54,016 bases of DNA from Anaerolineales bacterium (GTDB lineage: Bacteria > Chloroflexota > Anaerolineae > Anaerolineales > UBA4823), in the NCBI GenBank assembly GCA_034436035.1, contig DAOTVW010000136.1:1-54016 (forward strand). The letters run 5' to 3'. How positions within the stretch are numbered: position 1 is the first letter of the stretch; every line of letters begins with the position of its first letter. The position numbers were made by a program, and so were the translations under genes. This document shows, piece after piece, positions 18,364-29,700 of the stretch. Under the pieces are notes generated by a model. That model was not told the DNA's origin, ran no database searches, and saw only the letters and a list, made by a program, of their open reading frames with translations.

Positions 18364-18939
18364 TTACCCTGTTTCTGATAAAGCGCGTTCGAAAAATATT
18401 AATAATGTACTGCCATATTTCCGAAGATCAAATTGTGCGATGTTTTTGATTTGATGGCTTTTTGTTAAATCTTCATATTCAACAGGATGGATCTGGACGA
18501 TGATCCATCCATCATCAGATAACCAATCCATGTGATTATCCAGCAAAATGAGCATTTTTGACCAAAGTCCATGATACTGAGGTGGCGCAACATAGATATA
18601 ATCAAATCGCCTATCCGGCTGCCTGGCTAATGCAGCAAAAGCATCCATTCGTAATACTTCTGCTTTTTCGATCAATCCAGTGGCTTTCAAATTTTCGCGG
18701 ATCACATGAATTGCCTTCGGATTTTGATCGATAAAACGTGCAAAAGATGATCCTCGGCTTAATGCTTCAATTCCCACACTTCCTGTTCCAGCAAAACAAT
18801 CCAGGAAACTCGATTGGACAATATCACTTCCGATGATATTAAATAATGCCTCTTTTGTCCGATCCGTAATCGGGCGAGTCGTATCCCCTTCAACGGATTT
18901 CAATATTCGTCCTTTGGCACTACCCGCAATCACTCTCAT
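18364..18939 (-). CDS. rsmD: 16S rRNA (guanine966-N2)-methyltransferase RsmD
   Basis: MRVIAGSAKGR, TRPITDRTKEALFN, LDCFAGTGSVGIEALSRG, APPQY. Confidence 0.9.
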   Translation of the reverse strand: MRVIAGSAKGRILKSVEGDTTRPITDRTKEALFNIIGSDIVQSSFLDCFAGTGSVGIEALSRGSSFARFIDQNPKAIHVIRENLKATGLIEKAEVLRMDAFAALARQPDRRFDYIYVAPPQYHGLWSKMLILLDNHMDWLSDDGWIIVQIHPVEYEDLTKSHQIKNIAQFDLRKYGSTLLIFFERALSETG

Positions 18940-19925
18940 TTCACTGTTATTTTTTCAATACTTTCTCGGGCTGCACGAATATTTCCAAAAGGAGCAATTA
19001 CCGGAACGACACACCCTGTCCCTAAAATAAACCGTTTTCCCCCCGTTGCTGTAATTGCCTCCCTAGCCTCAGCAAAGATATCCTCTGGCTTTCCAAAAAC
19101 CATTTTCTTTTCTCGAGATAACCCTCCACAAACCACACCTTTAAATATTTTTTGAGCCTCGGCTAGATTTGGATATGTTTCCCGATCATGCCAATTGATA
19201 ATTTGAACAGGATAGTCTTTAATAAGTTGGAACATGATATCCTCGCCGTGGACATGGAGCATATTGAACCAAAATGGTTGGGTTTGTTCTAATATTTCTA
19301 AATCGAAGGCTTTGCCAAATTGCAAATATTCATTTTCTGAGAGCAATCCGTATTGAGCATGCTGAACAGCATAAAAAATCCCATCGATCCCAAGCTTCTT
19401 TACTTCTTCAATAAAACGAAGGGTCGTTTCCGTGATAACCTTAAGCCCGGATAATACTTCTTGTGGGTTTGTTCGTATCCAAATCAATAACTTTGATCGA
19501 GATGCCAAATTCTTAGCTTGGGAAAGCGGGCTGAAGATAGTTTGAATAATGGGTGTATCAGTGGGGATTTCGTCCTTAATCGTTTTCAGGCATTCTAATT
19601 GCTTTCCTAACCACCCTTTACGAGGATCAAGTGGATGGAGGGTTAACCAATCATCGGCACGTTGTATCGGAAAGTAAATATACTCACGGGTGCCTTCTGT
19701 GGCTCCTTTCCATTCATCTTTAGCTCCCCAATCTTTTACACAAAATGAGGATGCCGGTGTAACTTTTACGAAATCAAAATCATAATTTCTCTGAAATTCA
19801 ATGGTCGATTTGGCTAATTGATAAGGATCTTGGTCATCACCAGGAAAATGTCGCCAAAGGGAGATGGGTACCCGGTCAGGGGCTATGCCTTCCAAACATG
19901 CTTCAAGCCTTTCACGATGGTTCAT
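18936..19925 (-). CDS. uroporphyrinogen decarboxylase (URO-D) family protein, function unknown
   Basis: Length and layout match URO-D/MtaA-like TIM-barrel proteins. It overlaps rsmD by 4 nt. Confidence 0.6.
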   Translation of the reverse strand: MNHRERLEACLEGIAPDRVPISLWRHFPGDDQDPYQLAKSTIEFQRNYDFDFVKVTPASSFCVKDWGAKDEWKGATEGTREYIYFPIQRADDWLTLHPLDPRKGWLGKQLECLKTIKDEIPTDTPIIQTIFSPLSQAKNLASRSKLLIWIRTNPQEVLSGLKVITETTLRFIEEVKKLGIDGIFYAVQHAQYGLLSENEYLQFGKAFDLEILEQTQPFWFNMLHVHGEDIMFQLIKDYPVQIINWHDRETYPNLAEAQKIFKGVVCGGLSREKKMVFGKPEDIFAEAREAITATGGKRFILGTGCVVPVIAPFGNIRAARESIEKITVK

Positions 19926-19971
19926 TCTGCAATCTCCATATCAACATCATCATCGGGTTTATCTGTTTTTA

Positions 19972-21234
19972 TTAATCTAAACGATGCAAAATCTCATTGA
20001 GTTCAGATTGTTCTTTTTCTTGTTGGTCAAGATAATTTTCCATAAATACCGAACGCCGCAATCGCAACGACATTGGTGCAACTTGCTTTAAATCTTCGAT
20101 GAGCACTTCGCTTCTGCCATCCGCAGCTGCGTATGCCCTAGCAGCTTCGAATAGCGTAATTTCTGCCCGCATTGAATCAATGCCAAGCTTTTCAACCAAA
20201 CGCAAACCCCAGCGAGCGACATCATTTGGTAATTCGACGCTTGGTAAGATTTCCCTTGCAGTTTGAATTTCTTGGCGAGCCAATTCCGTTTCAGCTTGAT
20301 ACTGCAGGAAAACTCGGCGAGGGTTGGTTAAATATGCTTGCACCCGCCGATACGCTTCCAATCGTTCGTTTTCCTTGCTCAATCCTCTTACGATAACTCT
20401 CAAACCAAAGCGATCCTGAATCTGAGGGCGTAAACTTCCTTCTTCTGGATTCATTGAACCAATCAAAATAAAACGAGAGCGATATGTTGCGGAAATAGGA
20501 CCACGCCGCACGGTATAACTACCTTGCGCAGCAGCATCGAGCAAGGCATTGATGATATCGTCGCTGAGCATGTTGACTTCATCCACATATAATACATTCC
20601 GATCCGCTTGGGCTAAAATTCCGCGTTGTAAAACTAATCGCTGGTGTATAGCCGCCCGTTCATCAATTCCGCCAATCACATCTTCTAAACGGGCATTCAA
20701 TGGAATCTCCACCAGCCGGGCTTGGTCCATGACCGCTAATGGTTTTCCTTCTCCATATTTTTTCGCACAATCGGGGCAAACCCCATCAATTCCCTGGGTC
20801 TCAATATCTTCCGGTAGGCAACCATAACGACATAAACTTCGTGGAACGAGGGGTAATAAATTCAATAATCCCCGCACGGCGGTTGTTTTTCCCGTTCCCC
20901 TGGGTCCAATCAGCAAGACGCCGCCCATGGCTGGATTAATTAAAGCTAACAATAACGCCAATTTCATTTCTTCCTGACCGACAATTGCCAGGAATGGATA
21001 GGGAATATTTTCAGCTAAACCTGCATCTCCATCCGTTGCAGAGGAGTGAATATTTTTCCCCGTCACTTGCTCGATTAAATCACGCAGAGATCGAATGGAA
21101 GATTGTTTAATCTCTCCGTTAATTCCTTCAGTATGCACAGAAGGATTTTTGTCTTGGATATTATTAATCAGATTTTCTTCCTCCGAACGAGCATTCCTAT
21201 CTCGTTCTTCGAAATCATCCCCAATAGCATTCAT
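19972..21234 (-). CDS. ChlI/BchI-family AAA+ ATPase (magnesium-chelatase subunit I-like)
   Basis: PFLAIVGQEEMKLALLLALINPAMGGVLLIGPRGTGKTT, Walker B LYVDEVN, arginine fingers. Also has an N-terminal extension of about 75 aa and a Cys4 insert (CRYGC...CPDC). Confidence 0.8.
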   Translation of the reverse strand: MNAIGDDFEERDRNARSEEENLINNIQDKNPSVHTEGINGEIKQSSIRSLRDLIEQVTGKNIHSSATDGDAGLAENIPYPFLAIVGQEEMKLALLLALINPAMGGVLLIGPRGTGKTTAVRGLLNLLPLVPRSLCRYGCLPEDIETQGIDGVCPDCAKKYGEGKPLAVMDQARLVEIPLNARLEDVIGGIDERAAIHQRLVLQRGILAQADRNVLYVDEVNMLSDDIINALLDAAAQGSYTVRRGPISATYRSRFILIGSMNPEEGSLRPQIQDRFGLRVIVRGLSKENERLEAYRRVQAYLTNPRRVFLQYQAETELARQEIQTAREILPSVELPNDVARWGLRLVEKLGIDSMRAEITLFEAARAYAAADGRSEVLIEDLKQVAPMSLRLRRSVFMENYLDQQEKEQSELNEILHRLD

Positions 21235-21236
21235 GG

Positions 21237-21623
21237 TTAATCCAAATCTTCTTTTAAATCACCAAAATCTAAAGGTGGCATAAGATTAGGCGCGTCTTCT
21301 AAAACATCGAATGCCCCAATCGGTAAATCTGGCATCAAAGGGGGGAGTGGTACTATTGCCGGTGGACGAATTGGTTTGGGAATTTCTGGAGGAGCCAGAC
21401 GTGGTTTTAGATAGCCAGATGAATGTTTTCGTAAAATCCGGGGTTCATCACTTAGCCAACCCACATAATGCCCATGTACAGAATAGACTTGTCTGGTGGG
21501 AGTTACCCATCCAATCCATTCCCCCTGACGATTAAATATATGGGGATAGATCAAAAATGCGGCTGCATCTCCACTCGTAGTGTAGATTACAATGATTTTT
21601 TTCTTCGTTGTTTGTGCTTCCAT
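21237..21623 (-). CDS. hypothetical small protein: beta-repeat N-domain plus Pro-rich acidic tail
   Basis: Start is taken at GAGGTTGATATG (21623). Repeats GEWIGWV and GHYVGWL. Tail reads PPEIPKPIRPPAIVPLPPLMPDLP...DFGDLKEDLD. The stop lies 2 nt before the chlI-like ATG. Confidence 0.5.
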   Translation of the reverse strand: MEAQTTKKKIIVIYTTSGDAAAFLIYPHIFNRQGEWIGWVTPTRQVYSVHGHYVGWLSDEPRILRKHSSGYLKPRLAPPEIPKPIRPPAIVPLPPLMPDLPIGAFDVLEDAPNLMPPLDFGDLKEDLD

Positions 21624-21639
21624 ATCAACCTCACAGATA

Positions 21640-22104
21640 TCAAGCGCTAACATCATTATACGTCAGATAACGATTAACATAAAAGTTCCAAAACATTACA
21701 ACAATGATAGCAATAGCTAGAGCTATGTTATGCCCAAGAAATATATGATCTATAAAAGCAATACGAGGAAAAGACATTCGATCAAAAAACCAAATCAAAC
21801 GTTTTTCTAAAAATGCAAATAAAGGAGTCCGTATACCAAGCCCAATCACATTGATAAATGCGAACATCATTAATTGGTGACGAATCGGTTTTGAGCGTGA
21901 ATCTGGGTAGGTCCAATATCGATTCCAAATGAAATTACTGATAACCGCCATGGTAAAGGAAATCATGCTCGCATATACTGGTCGCATTAAATCAAAATGA
22001 ACAAGTAAATTAAAAACACCGAAATCGATTATCGCGCCAATAATACCAACAACAGCAAATTTGATGAACCTTTGTCGTTCTTTTGGATTGGAAATTATGC
22101 TCAT
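21640..22104 (-). CDS. GtrA family membrane protein
   Basis: [23 protein letters not shown], four TM spans, NRYWTY motif. Confidence 0.85.
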   Translation of the reverse strand: MSIISNPKERQRFIKFAVVGIIGAIIDFGVFNLLVHFDLMRPVYASMISFTMAVISNFIWNRYWTYPDSRSKPIRHQLMMFAFINVIGLGIRTPLFAFLEKRLIWFFDRMSFPRIAFIDHIFLGHNIALAIAIIVVMFWNFYVNRYLTYNDVSA

Positions 22105-23063
22105 CCGATTAATTTCATCTTATATTTGAAATATTCGATAGTTTGTCTTAAACCATCTTCCAGTTTGACCTGTGGTTGCCATCCAAGAATATCTTTGGCT
22201 CTTTGGATATCCGGTTGTCTCCGTTGTGGGTCACCTTCCAGGCGTTGGGATGGTTCGAATTTTATCCCTGCCTGGTTACCAACAATTTGATTGATTAAAT
22301 GAGCAAAATTTAAAATACTTGTTTCGTTCGGATTCCCTATGTTGACCGGATAGTGCTCATCCGAATAAAGTAATCGGACGATGCCATCAATCAAATCATC
22401 GACATAACAGAAACTTCGTGTTTGCGACCCATCTCCATAAACCGTTAATGGTTCATTTCGCAACGCTTGTTGGATGAAATTTGGCACCACTCTGCCATCA
22501 TCTAAATGCATTCTTGGTCCATAGGTATTGAAAATACGTACGATCCGTGTATCTATTCCATGGAAACGATGATAGGCCATTGTCAATGCTTCCGCAAACC
22601 GCTTCGCCTCATCATAAACGGATCGGGTACCAATCGGATCAACATGTCCCCAATAACTCTCACGCTGCGGATGCTCGAGTGGGTCGCCATAAATTTCACT
22701 CGTGGAAGCCAATAAATAACGGGCTTGATTTTTTCTGGCAACTCCGAGTGTATTGTGGGTGCCTAATGCCCCGGCTTTCATTGTCTGAATGGGCAAGTTA
22801 ACATATCCATAGGGCGATGACGGATTGGGACTTGCGGGTGAAGCAAAATGAAGCACCGCATCGATTTTACCGGGCACAAAAATAAAATTAGACACGTCAT
22901 GACGAATGAACGAAAAGCGATCATTTCCGGCCAGGTGAGCTAAATTATCCGGGCTTCCTGTTATAAAATTATCCATTCCAATGACTTCGTGTCCATCTGC
23001 TAATAAGCGATCACACAAATGTGATCCTAAAAATCCGGCTGCCCCGGTGATTAATATGCGCAT
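22101..23063 (-). CDS. UDP-glucuronate decarboxylase (UDP-xylose synthase)-type SDR
   Basis: [26 protein letters not shown] catalytic motif, high overall similarity to UXS. Start is chosen at ATG 23063, 1 nt after the upstream stop. Confidence 0.85.
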   Translation of the reverse strand: MRILITGAAGFLGSHLCDRLLADGHEVIGMDNFITGSPDNLAHLAGNDRFSFIRHDVSNFIFVPGKIDAVLHFASPASPNPSSPYGYVNLPIQTMKAGALGTHNTLGVARKNQARYLLASTSEIYGDPLEHPQRESYWGHVDPIGTRSVYDEAKRFAEALTMAYHRFHGIDTRIVRIFNTYGPRMHLDDGRVVPNFIQQALRNEPLTVYGDGSQTRSFCYVDDLIDGIVRLLYSDEHYPVNIGNPNETSILNFAHLINQIVGNQAGIKFEPSQRLEGDPQRRQPDIQRAKDILGWQPQVKLEDGLRQTIEYFKYKMKLIG

Positions 23064-23064
23064 T

Positions 23065-24714
23065 TTATCCACCATATCTTGAACTCCATACAACTTTGTT
23101 TACTAAACCATCTCCGGTTATCTGGCGAACCAGTACGGGTTGATTCTCTGCTGCGGAGGTATCAACAATATACAGGTTTCCTTGATAAATAACCGCTAAT
23201 GCAAAAAAGCCACTATCACCCATTGGCTCAGGTGACCAAACCACTGTTTGGGGATCTAAGCCCGGCTGCCCTTCATTTGGAAATAAATCTTTCGAATTTG
23301 AACCATCTTGATCCATGACTACCAATTTATAACGGGAGGTTTCACTTTGATCCGGTATCAACGCTTGTAAATATGCCAATTGGTAAACAGATTCATTGCT
23401 GCTTTTTTGAATCCAAGGGGAAGCACTCGGGTAAGAAAACATTCCACTATTTTGTATCAAATGAAACACATTAGCTTGCTCGGTTGAAATCGCGCTCAGG
23501 GTAAAGATGCGCGATTCTTCTGCTGTTGCATGTTCTTGATCAGGGATGTGATCAATGGAATAGATGAATTTTCCATCTGGACTCCAGGAAATCCCCGGCA
23601 CCCAAGCCCATTCACTACCGGTTTGAAAAGGTGTAATTGGCAACAAGACATCCATCCCATTATCACTGTTCACTATTCCTACACCATCTGGTCGAGAAAA
23701 AGCAATTTCGCCCGTTTCATGATTGACAGCAAAATCCGTCCCCCACCAGCCATATACACCACCGGAATTGGTATCAATAATCGTTTTCCATTTATCGATC
23801 CAACCACTGGCACTAAATTCTACGCTCAATAAATTATTATTTGCCTGCCATCCCGGAGCAGTACTCCTGGGTTCTACGGTTGAAAAAACAATTTTTAAAC
23901 TGCCTGTCTTCGGATACCAATCTGCAAAATGTACGACGTTAGTGATCTTCAAATTGATAATTTTAATTGGTTTGTCAAAATCAACCAGATGAGCAGCCCA
24001 TAATGAGTTGATTTGTTCATCCTTTGTTTCACGCCTCGTAAACAATAACCATTCCCCGTCTGGAGATAAACGAAATACCCGACCATCTAAATCACCGCTA
24101 CTCACAACCAAAATCCGATTCGCCGTGTTACCATCAATAATCCAGGCATTACCCCCTAAAATATACGCAATCCTTCCGGGTACATCATAAGTGATGAAAG
24201 GCTTTTGAATACCCACCATCATAATTTGCGGCACCGCTTCTTTTGTGATGACACCTTCATTTATTGGTGTCTTTGAAACTTCAACTCCATCTTCATATAA
24301 ATGTCGATAGGTAATTTCTTTTTCCCCATTCGTCCCTTTTTGAGCCAGCAAGGTGACATTTTCCGGCAATGATTCGGTTTGGACAATCTTTTGCTCAAAA
24401 GGAATCACTTCTTTTTCAACAGAAAATTCTTCCTTCACCCGGATGACACGGATCGTGATTGGTTTATCGATTATCGTATTGAGGTCCGGTTCTACACGGT
24501 CAAGTGTGCCTAATGAGATATGGGCTGTATCCAAAGCTTGTCGGATGGTTTGTTCAGGAGGAAGATTAACAGCTATGCTTTTATTATCTGCATATATTTC
24601 CACATGCATCAATGGCACAGTGCCCTCCTGCTTTCCACAAGCGGATAAGCCCAATGACATAGACCAGAAAATCATAAAAGTCAGAATTATTCTATAGAAT
24701 AGTTTTTTTTGCAT
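23065..24714 (-). CDS. secreted/lipoprotein with DUF348-G5-like N-terminal region and TolB-like beta-propeller
   Basis: Signal LGLSAC. The region [22 protein letters not shown]...[22 protein letters not shown] is G5-like. A long WD40/TolB-like repeat region follows. Confidence 0.6.
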   Translation of the reverse strand: MQKKLFYRIILTFMIFWSMSLGLSACGKQEGTVPLMHVEIYADNKSIAVNLPPEQTIRQALDTAHISLGTLDRVEPDLNTIIDKPITIRVIRVKEEFSVEKEVIPFEQKIVQTESLPENVTLLAQKGTNGEKEITYRHLYEDGVEVSKTPINEGVITKEAVPQIMMVGIQKPFITYDVPGRIAYILGGNAWIIDGNTANRILVVSSGDLDGRVFRLSPDGEWLLFTRRETKDEQINSLWAAHLVDFDKPIKIINLKITNVVHFADWYPKTGSLKIVFSTVEPRSTAPGWQANNNLLSVEFSASGWIDKWKTIIDTNSGGVYGWWGTDFAVNHETGEIAFSRPDGVGIVNSDNGMDVLLPITPFQTGSEWAWVPGISWSPDGKFIYSIDHIPDQEHATAEESRIFTLSAISTEQANVFHLIQNSGMFSYPSASPWIQKSSNESVYQLAYLQALIPDQSETSRYKLVVMDQDGSNSKDLFPNEGQPGLDPQTVVWSPEPMGDSGFFALAVIYQGNLYIVDTSAAENQPVLVRQITGDGLVNKVVWSSRYGG

Positions 24715-24733
24715 TTCACTTATTCAACAAAAC

Positions 24734-25291
24734 CTAATTCTTCTTACCCTTAATACTCATCACTCCGTTCTGTATTTCAATACTATCCATTTGATAATTT
24801 TCCCCTAATCCTTGTAATTGCTCCTCAAATGCATCTTTCATTTCCTGTTTCATAGAATCAATTAAATCCTGTGGAATGTTGAATGGACCAATTTTAGCGC
24901 TCAGGACATCAAATTGCACAACATTGCTTTCTAGGTAAGGTTTGATGATCAATTCAGCTTGAACAGACATATTTGCTTGGTCAACATCTCCTAAGACTCG
25001 AATTTGGCTATCTCGCAAATAGATTTGTACATGATGAACCGGATACTGTGCATTTTCTTGCAACTTCATGGAAACATACGATGTCAGTTGTTGTTCCGTT
25101 ATTTCAATTTGAAAATCGCCACCATGGGGAATATTCAATACATTCTTCTCAATATTCGACTCTAAGGTTTGTGCTGATTGCGTGGTCACCGCAATTGTCT
25201 CTGCTGGCTTATCCCCGTAAAAACCAGGTAATTTACAGGCAAGCGCCAAAATCAGCATAATTAGTAGTACAATCCAAGTATGGTTTTTCAT
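24734..25291 (-). CDS. hypothetical lipoprotein
   Basis: Lipobox LALAC. I recognise no family with confidence. Confidence 0.55.
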   Translation of the reverse strand: MKNHTWIVLLIMLILALACKLPGFYGDKPAETIAVTTQSAQTLESNIEKNVLNIPHGGDFQIEITEQQLTSYVSMKLQENAQYPVHHVQIYLRDSQIRVLGDVDQANMSVQAELIIKPYLESNVVQFDVLSAKIGPFNIPQDLIDSMKQEMKDAFEEQLQGLGENYQMDSIEIQNGVMSIKGKKN

Positions 25292-25325
25292 AATAATATT
25301 TACCTTTCAATTTTACAACAGCACA

Positions 25326-25931
25326 TTGTATCATAGCATGAATGATGCCACACCATTCCAGGATTCAAACTCACTAATTGGGTTGGTTGAAGCATTATTG
25401 TTTGCCTCACCACAACCCTTGTCAATCTCACAATTATCGAATGTATTGGGGATTTCAGGGGAAGAAACAGTTAAGCTGCTTACCCAACTTGAATCAGAAT
25501 ATATCCACTCCAATCCACCTCGTTATCTACGCCTGCAAAAGTTACATGACCGGTATCAGTTGACTACTGCTGCAGAAATCGCTCCAGCGGTAGAAAAGTT
25601 ATTAGGGTTAGAATCGAGTGGACGTTTGAGTCAAGCCGCATTAGAAACGCTGGCAGTGATTGCTTATCGTCAGCCAATTACCCGCCCACAAATCGATGCG
25701 ATTCGGGGAGTAAATAGTGATGGCGTTTTAAATACATTACTTCGCAAAGGCTTGATCCAAGAGTTAGGACGATCAGAAGCACCAGGTCGACCCATCCTTT
25801 ATGCAGTAACCACTGAATTTTTACAATATTTCGGATTGAACTCCGTGGATGATTTACCGCAATGGAACGAGACCGAAACGGAAAAGACATCTTCAATAGG
25901 AATAAACTATACGAATGACACATCAAGTTAG
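25326..25931 (+). CDS. scpB: segregation and condensation protein B
   Basis: LIGLVEALLFASPQPLSISQL and IAYRQPITRPQIDAIRGV. The start may be ATG 25338 rather than TTG 25326. Confidence 0.88.
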   Translation: MYHSMNDATPFQDSNSLIGLVEALLFASPQPLSISQLSNVLGISGEETVKLLTQLESEYIHSNPPRYLRLQKLHDRYQLTTAAEIAPAVEKLLGLESSGRLSQAALETLAVIAYRQPITRPQIDAIRGVNSDGVLNTLLRKGLIQELGRSEAPGRPILYAVTTEFLQYFGLNSVDDLPQWNETETEKTSSIGINYTNDTSS

Positions 25932-25957
25932 CCAAGGCGAATTGGGAAAATAACATC

Positions 25958-26704
25958 ATGGAAGAAAGAGTTCAGAAAATTTTAGCTCGGTCAGGTTATG
26001 GTTCGCGACGGGAATGTGAAACTTTTATTTCACAAGGACGAGTAAAAGTAAATGGGAGAGTGATTAAATTAGGAGACAAAGCAGACGCCCAGACCGATCA
26101 AATTACATTTGATGATCGACCTGTACAGGTGCAAACAACTTTTGTCTATATTGCACTTTATAAACCACGGGGTGTCCTCTCTGCCGCTTATTCACCAGAG
26201 GGTAGAAAAACCGTTTGCGATCTGGTTGATATACCAACTCGATTATATCCGGTTGGAAGATTAGACATTGACAGTGAAGGATTAATCTTGCTCACAAACG
26301 ATGGTGAATTAGCCAATCTAATTACCCATCCTCGCTATGGACATGAAAAAGAGTATCGTGTCCTTGTGGCAAAGAAACCCGATGAGGAACAAATCAATAA
26401 CTGGCGTCGAGGGATTGTACTTACCGATGGCTATAAAACTCAGCCAGCAGAAGTGAAAGTTGACACCATCGTTGGGAAAGGAGCTTGGCTTAGGATTGTT
26501 TTAAGAGAAGGCAGAAAAAGACAAATTCGAGAAACAGGTGCTTTACTTGGATTACCTGTGGTTCGAATAATCCGGGTAAGGATTGGCGATGTCTATTTAG
26601 GACTTTTAAAACCTCGCCAATGGAGATATTTAACCCAAGCTGAAATCAATTCACTTAAGCAATTAAAGACAAATTCAAACTTGCCCAATCCAAAAAGACG
26701 TTAA
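25958..26704 (+). CDS. rluB: pseudouridine synthase, RluB/RsuA family
   Basis: S4 domain (RVQKILARSGYGSRRECE) and catalytic GRLDIDSEGLILLTNDG. Confidence 0.88.
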   Translation: MEERVQKILARSGYGSRRECETFISQGRVKVNGRVIKLGDKADAQTDQITFDDRPVQVQTTFVYIALYKPRGVLSAAYSPEGRKTVCDLVDIPTRLYPVGRLDIDSEGLILLTNDGELANLITHPRYGHEKEYRVLVAKKPDEEQINNWRRGIVLTDGYKTQPAEVKVDTIVGKGAWLRIVLREGRKRQIRETGALLGLPVVRIIRVRIGDVYLGLLKPRQWRYLTQAEINSLKQLKTNSNLPNPKRR

Positions 26705-26783
26705 CTTTTCAAGGTCATTTGATACTATTTTATTTTCAGGATAGAATCATTTTATAAAACCAATCAGGAGTATAAACGCTTTT

Positions 26784-29700
26784 ATGTCGCTCACTTCCTC
26801 AGAATCACTTCCTACCTTGAATAAAACAGAAGATCAAATTTCTTCTTTATCGAATATAAAAAAATGGGAAATCATTCTCTTTTCTTTGATTGTCGGATTA
26901 GCGATACTTTCGCGTTTATATATGCTCGGCGCACGAGTGATGAGCCATGATGAAACTTCGCATGTGTATTTTTCCTGGCTGCTCGAACAAGGGCGTGGCT
27001 ACCGGCATGATCCAATCACCCATGGACCCTTACAATTTCATTTACTCGCTCTTTCCTATTTTCTTATTGGCGATAGTGACTTTTCCGCCCGCCTTCCGGC
27101 AGCGTTATTAAGTATTGCCACAGTTGCTTTCATGTGGAATTACCGACGTTATTTTGGTAAAGTTGGTGCATTAATCGCAGCATTTTTATTATTGATATCC
27201 CCATATATTCTCTATTATGGACGTTATGCGCGAAACGAAGCCTTCATTGGTTTGTTCGCCGTTTTATTATGGTGGAGCATACTGAATTACTTACAAAACC
27301 CGCAACCAAAATATCTAATCTATGTCACCATTGCCACCGTTTTGCACTTTACTTCTAAAGAAACAGCATTTATTTATACTGCGCAAGTATTGCTTTTTTT
27401 GGCTCTCTATCTCTCGAATTCCATTGCCAGTAAACCATGGCAAATCAAAGCTTATCGAAAATTCTTCTTTTCTGCGATTGTAGTTTCATTAATCTTTATT
27501 ATTATCGGCATTGGGGTGATTGGCATCATAAAAGCTTCTAACCCTATTGTCAATCAACAGACAGACTCCACTCCAGCCCAAACCACTAAATCTCCTTTGA
27601 ACATCGGGAATGGCATTGTCGCAATTGGCGCGGTTGGATTACTTTTTGCTATCTATTTAGTTTTGCGCGGTTATGGGTGGAATAAGTTGAAAGAAGAACC
27701 CTCATTCGATCTAGCAATCCTAATCGGGACATTCGTCCTTCCAATGCTTGCGCCATTTCCGGTCAAAATTTTAGGGCACAATCCCATTGATTATTCCACA
27801 ACAAGCAGTATTGTCTTCACGGGAATTTTTGTAGGTTTATTTACGGTTTTGGCAATAATCATCGGTTTATTATGGAAACCGAAAACCTGGCTAGTTAATT
27901 ACGCGATTTTCTATTCTATTTTTATCATTTTTTATACAACCATTTTTACGAATGGATTTGGAATTTTCACTGGTCTCGTAGGAGCCTTGGGCTATTGGCT
28001 CGAACAACAGGGGGTTAATCGTGGCAGCCAACCTTGGTATTATTACGCCTTTGTACAAATCCCGATTTATGAATACTTACCAGCGATAGGGGTTCCATTT
28101 GCAGCATTGTATTACACCATTAAGAGTGGAAAAAAATCGGACACAATCGAAGTTGAGATTAATAACGAGGACTCCACATATGATAACCATTCCTTAACCA
28201 ATACGGATCATCTGGTCTTTTGGTTTTTTCTCTTTTGGTCTGTAACAAGCCTGCTGGCATTTTCAATCGCCGGAGAAAAAATGCCTTGGTTAACCTTCCA
28301 TATCACCCTGCCGATGATACTCTTAACCGCCTGGGCGCTTGGTAAAGTAGTTACCTCGATACATTTTCAGCAATTAATATATGGCAAGGAAAAGTATTTT
28401 CTTATCTCTTTCACAGTGTTTCTGATATCCACTATAATGAGTTTTTATTTATTGTTTGGAAATACCCCTCCCTTTCAAGGCAAAGAATTAAATCAATTAC
28501 AAGCGACAACTTCTTTTTTGAGTGCGCTTGTTTTTATGGTCGGTTCAGGATGGTATTGCGCTTATCTATCACGCTTTTGGGAATGGAGTGAATCATTACG
28601 AATTATCACTATCGTAATTTTTGGAATACTCTCTCTATTTACCATTCATACGAGTACCCAAGCTGCCTTTGTGAACTATGACAATGCAACAGAATTTCTT
28701 GTTTACGCGCATAGCGCTCGAGGACCGAAAGATGTTTTAGCTCAAATAGAAGAAATTTCCCGCCGAACAACGGGAGGGCTAGGGATTAAAGTCGCTTATG
28801 ATAATGAAACAACTTATCCATTTTGGTGGTATTTACGTAATTACCCCAATCAAGTGTATTATGAACAAAATCCAACTCGCGAATTGCGTGATGCTCCAAT
28901 TATTTTAGTGGGTGAGGAAAATTATGGCAAACTGGAACCAGTTGTTGGACAAGCCTATTATAAATTCGACTACATTCGATTATGGTGGCCCAACCAAGAT
29001 TACTTTGATCTCACCTGGCAAAGGATAAGCGATGCAATACGCAACCCGCAAATGAGACAAGCATTATTAAATATTTGGCTTTACCGTGACTACACCCTGT
29101 ATGGTCAACTCACGAATAAAGATATGAGTTTAACCAATTGGTATCCATCCAGTCGCATGCGGATGTACATCCGAAAAGATATTGTCTCACAGTTATGGAA
29201 TTATGGTAGTGTTCCAGTAGAATCCAATGTCCCAGCCGATCCATACGAAGGGAAACAATTAAAAATCGAAGCGGATAAAATCATCGGGTCAGCTGGAACG
29301 GAACCAGGACAATTTCAACACCCGCACGATCTCGCCATCGCCAAAGACGGATCTTTATATATTGTTGATACCGATAATAATCGCATCCAACATCTTTCCC
29401 CAGATGGAAAGGTTTTACAAGTTTGGGGCAATTTTGGAGATAGTACAACTTCAGAGACACCTGGTGGGACGTTCAATCAACCCTGGGGAATTGCAATTGA
29501 TCATAATGGTTTTATCTATGTTGCGGATACATGGAATCATCGCATCCAAAAATTTACCGAAGACGGTAAATTTGTAAAAATGTGGGGATACTTTGGTCAA
29601 GGTGAATCGCCAACCGCTTTTTGGGGTCCCCGCGATATTGCTATTGATAACCAAAACCGCTTATTCATCTCTGATACTGGAAATAAGCGGATCGTTGTAT

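Noticed and set aside
19972-21234. The ChlI/BchI hit as evidence for (bacterio)chlorophyll synthesis or phototrophy.
   Set aside because: No ChlD, ChlH or other pigment genes are nearby. ChlI-like AAA+ proteins occur widely in non-phototrophs.
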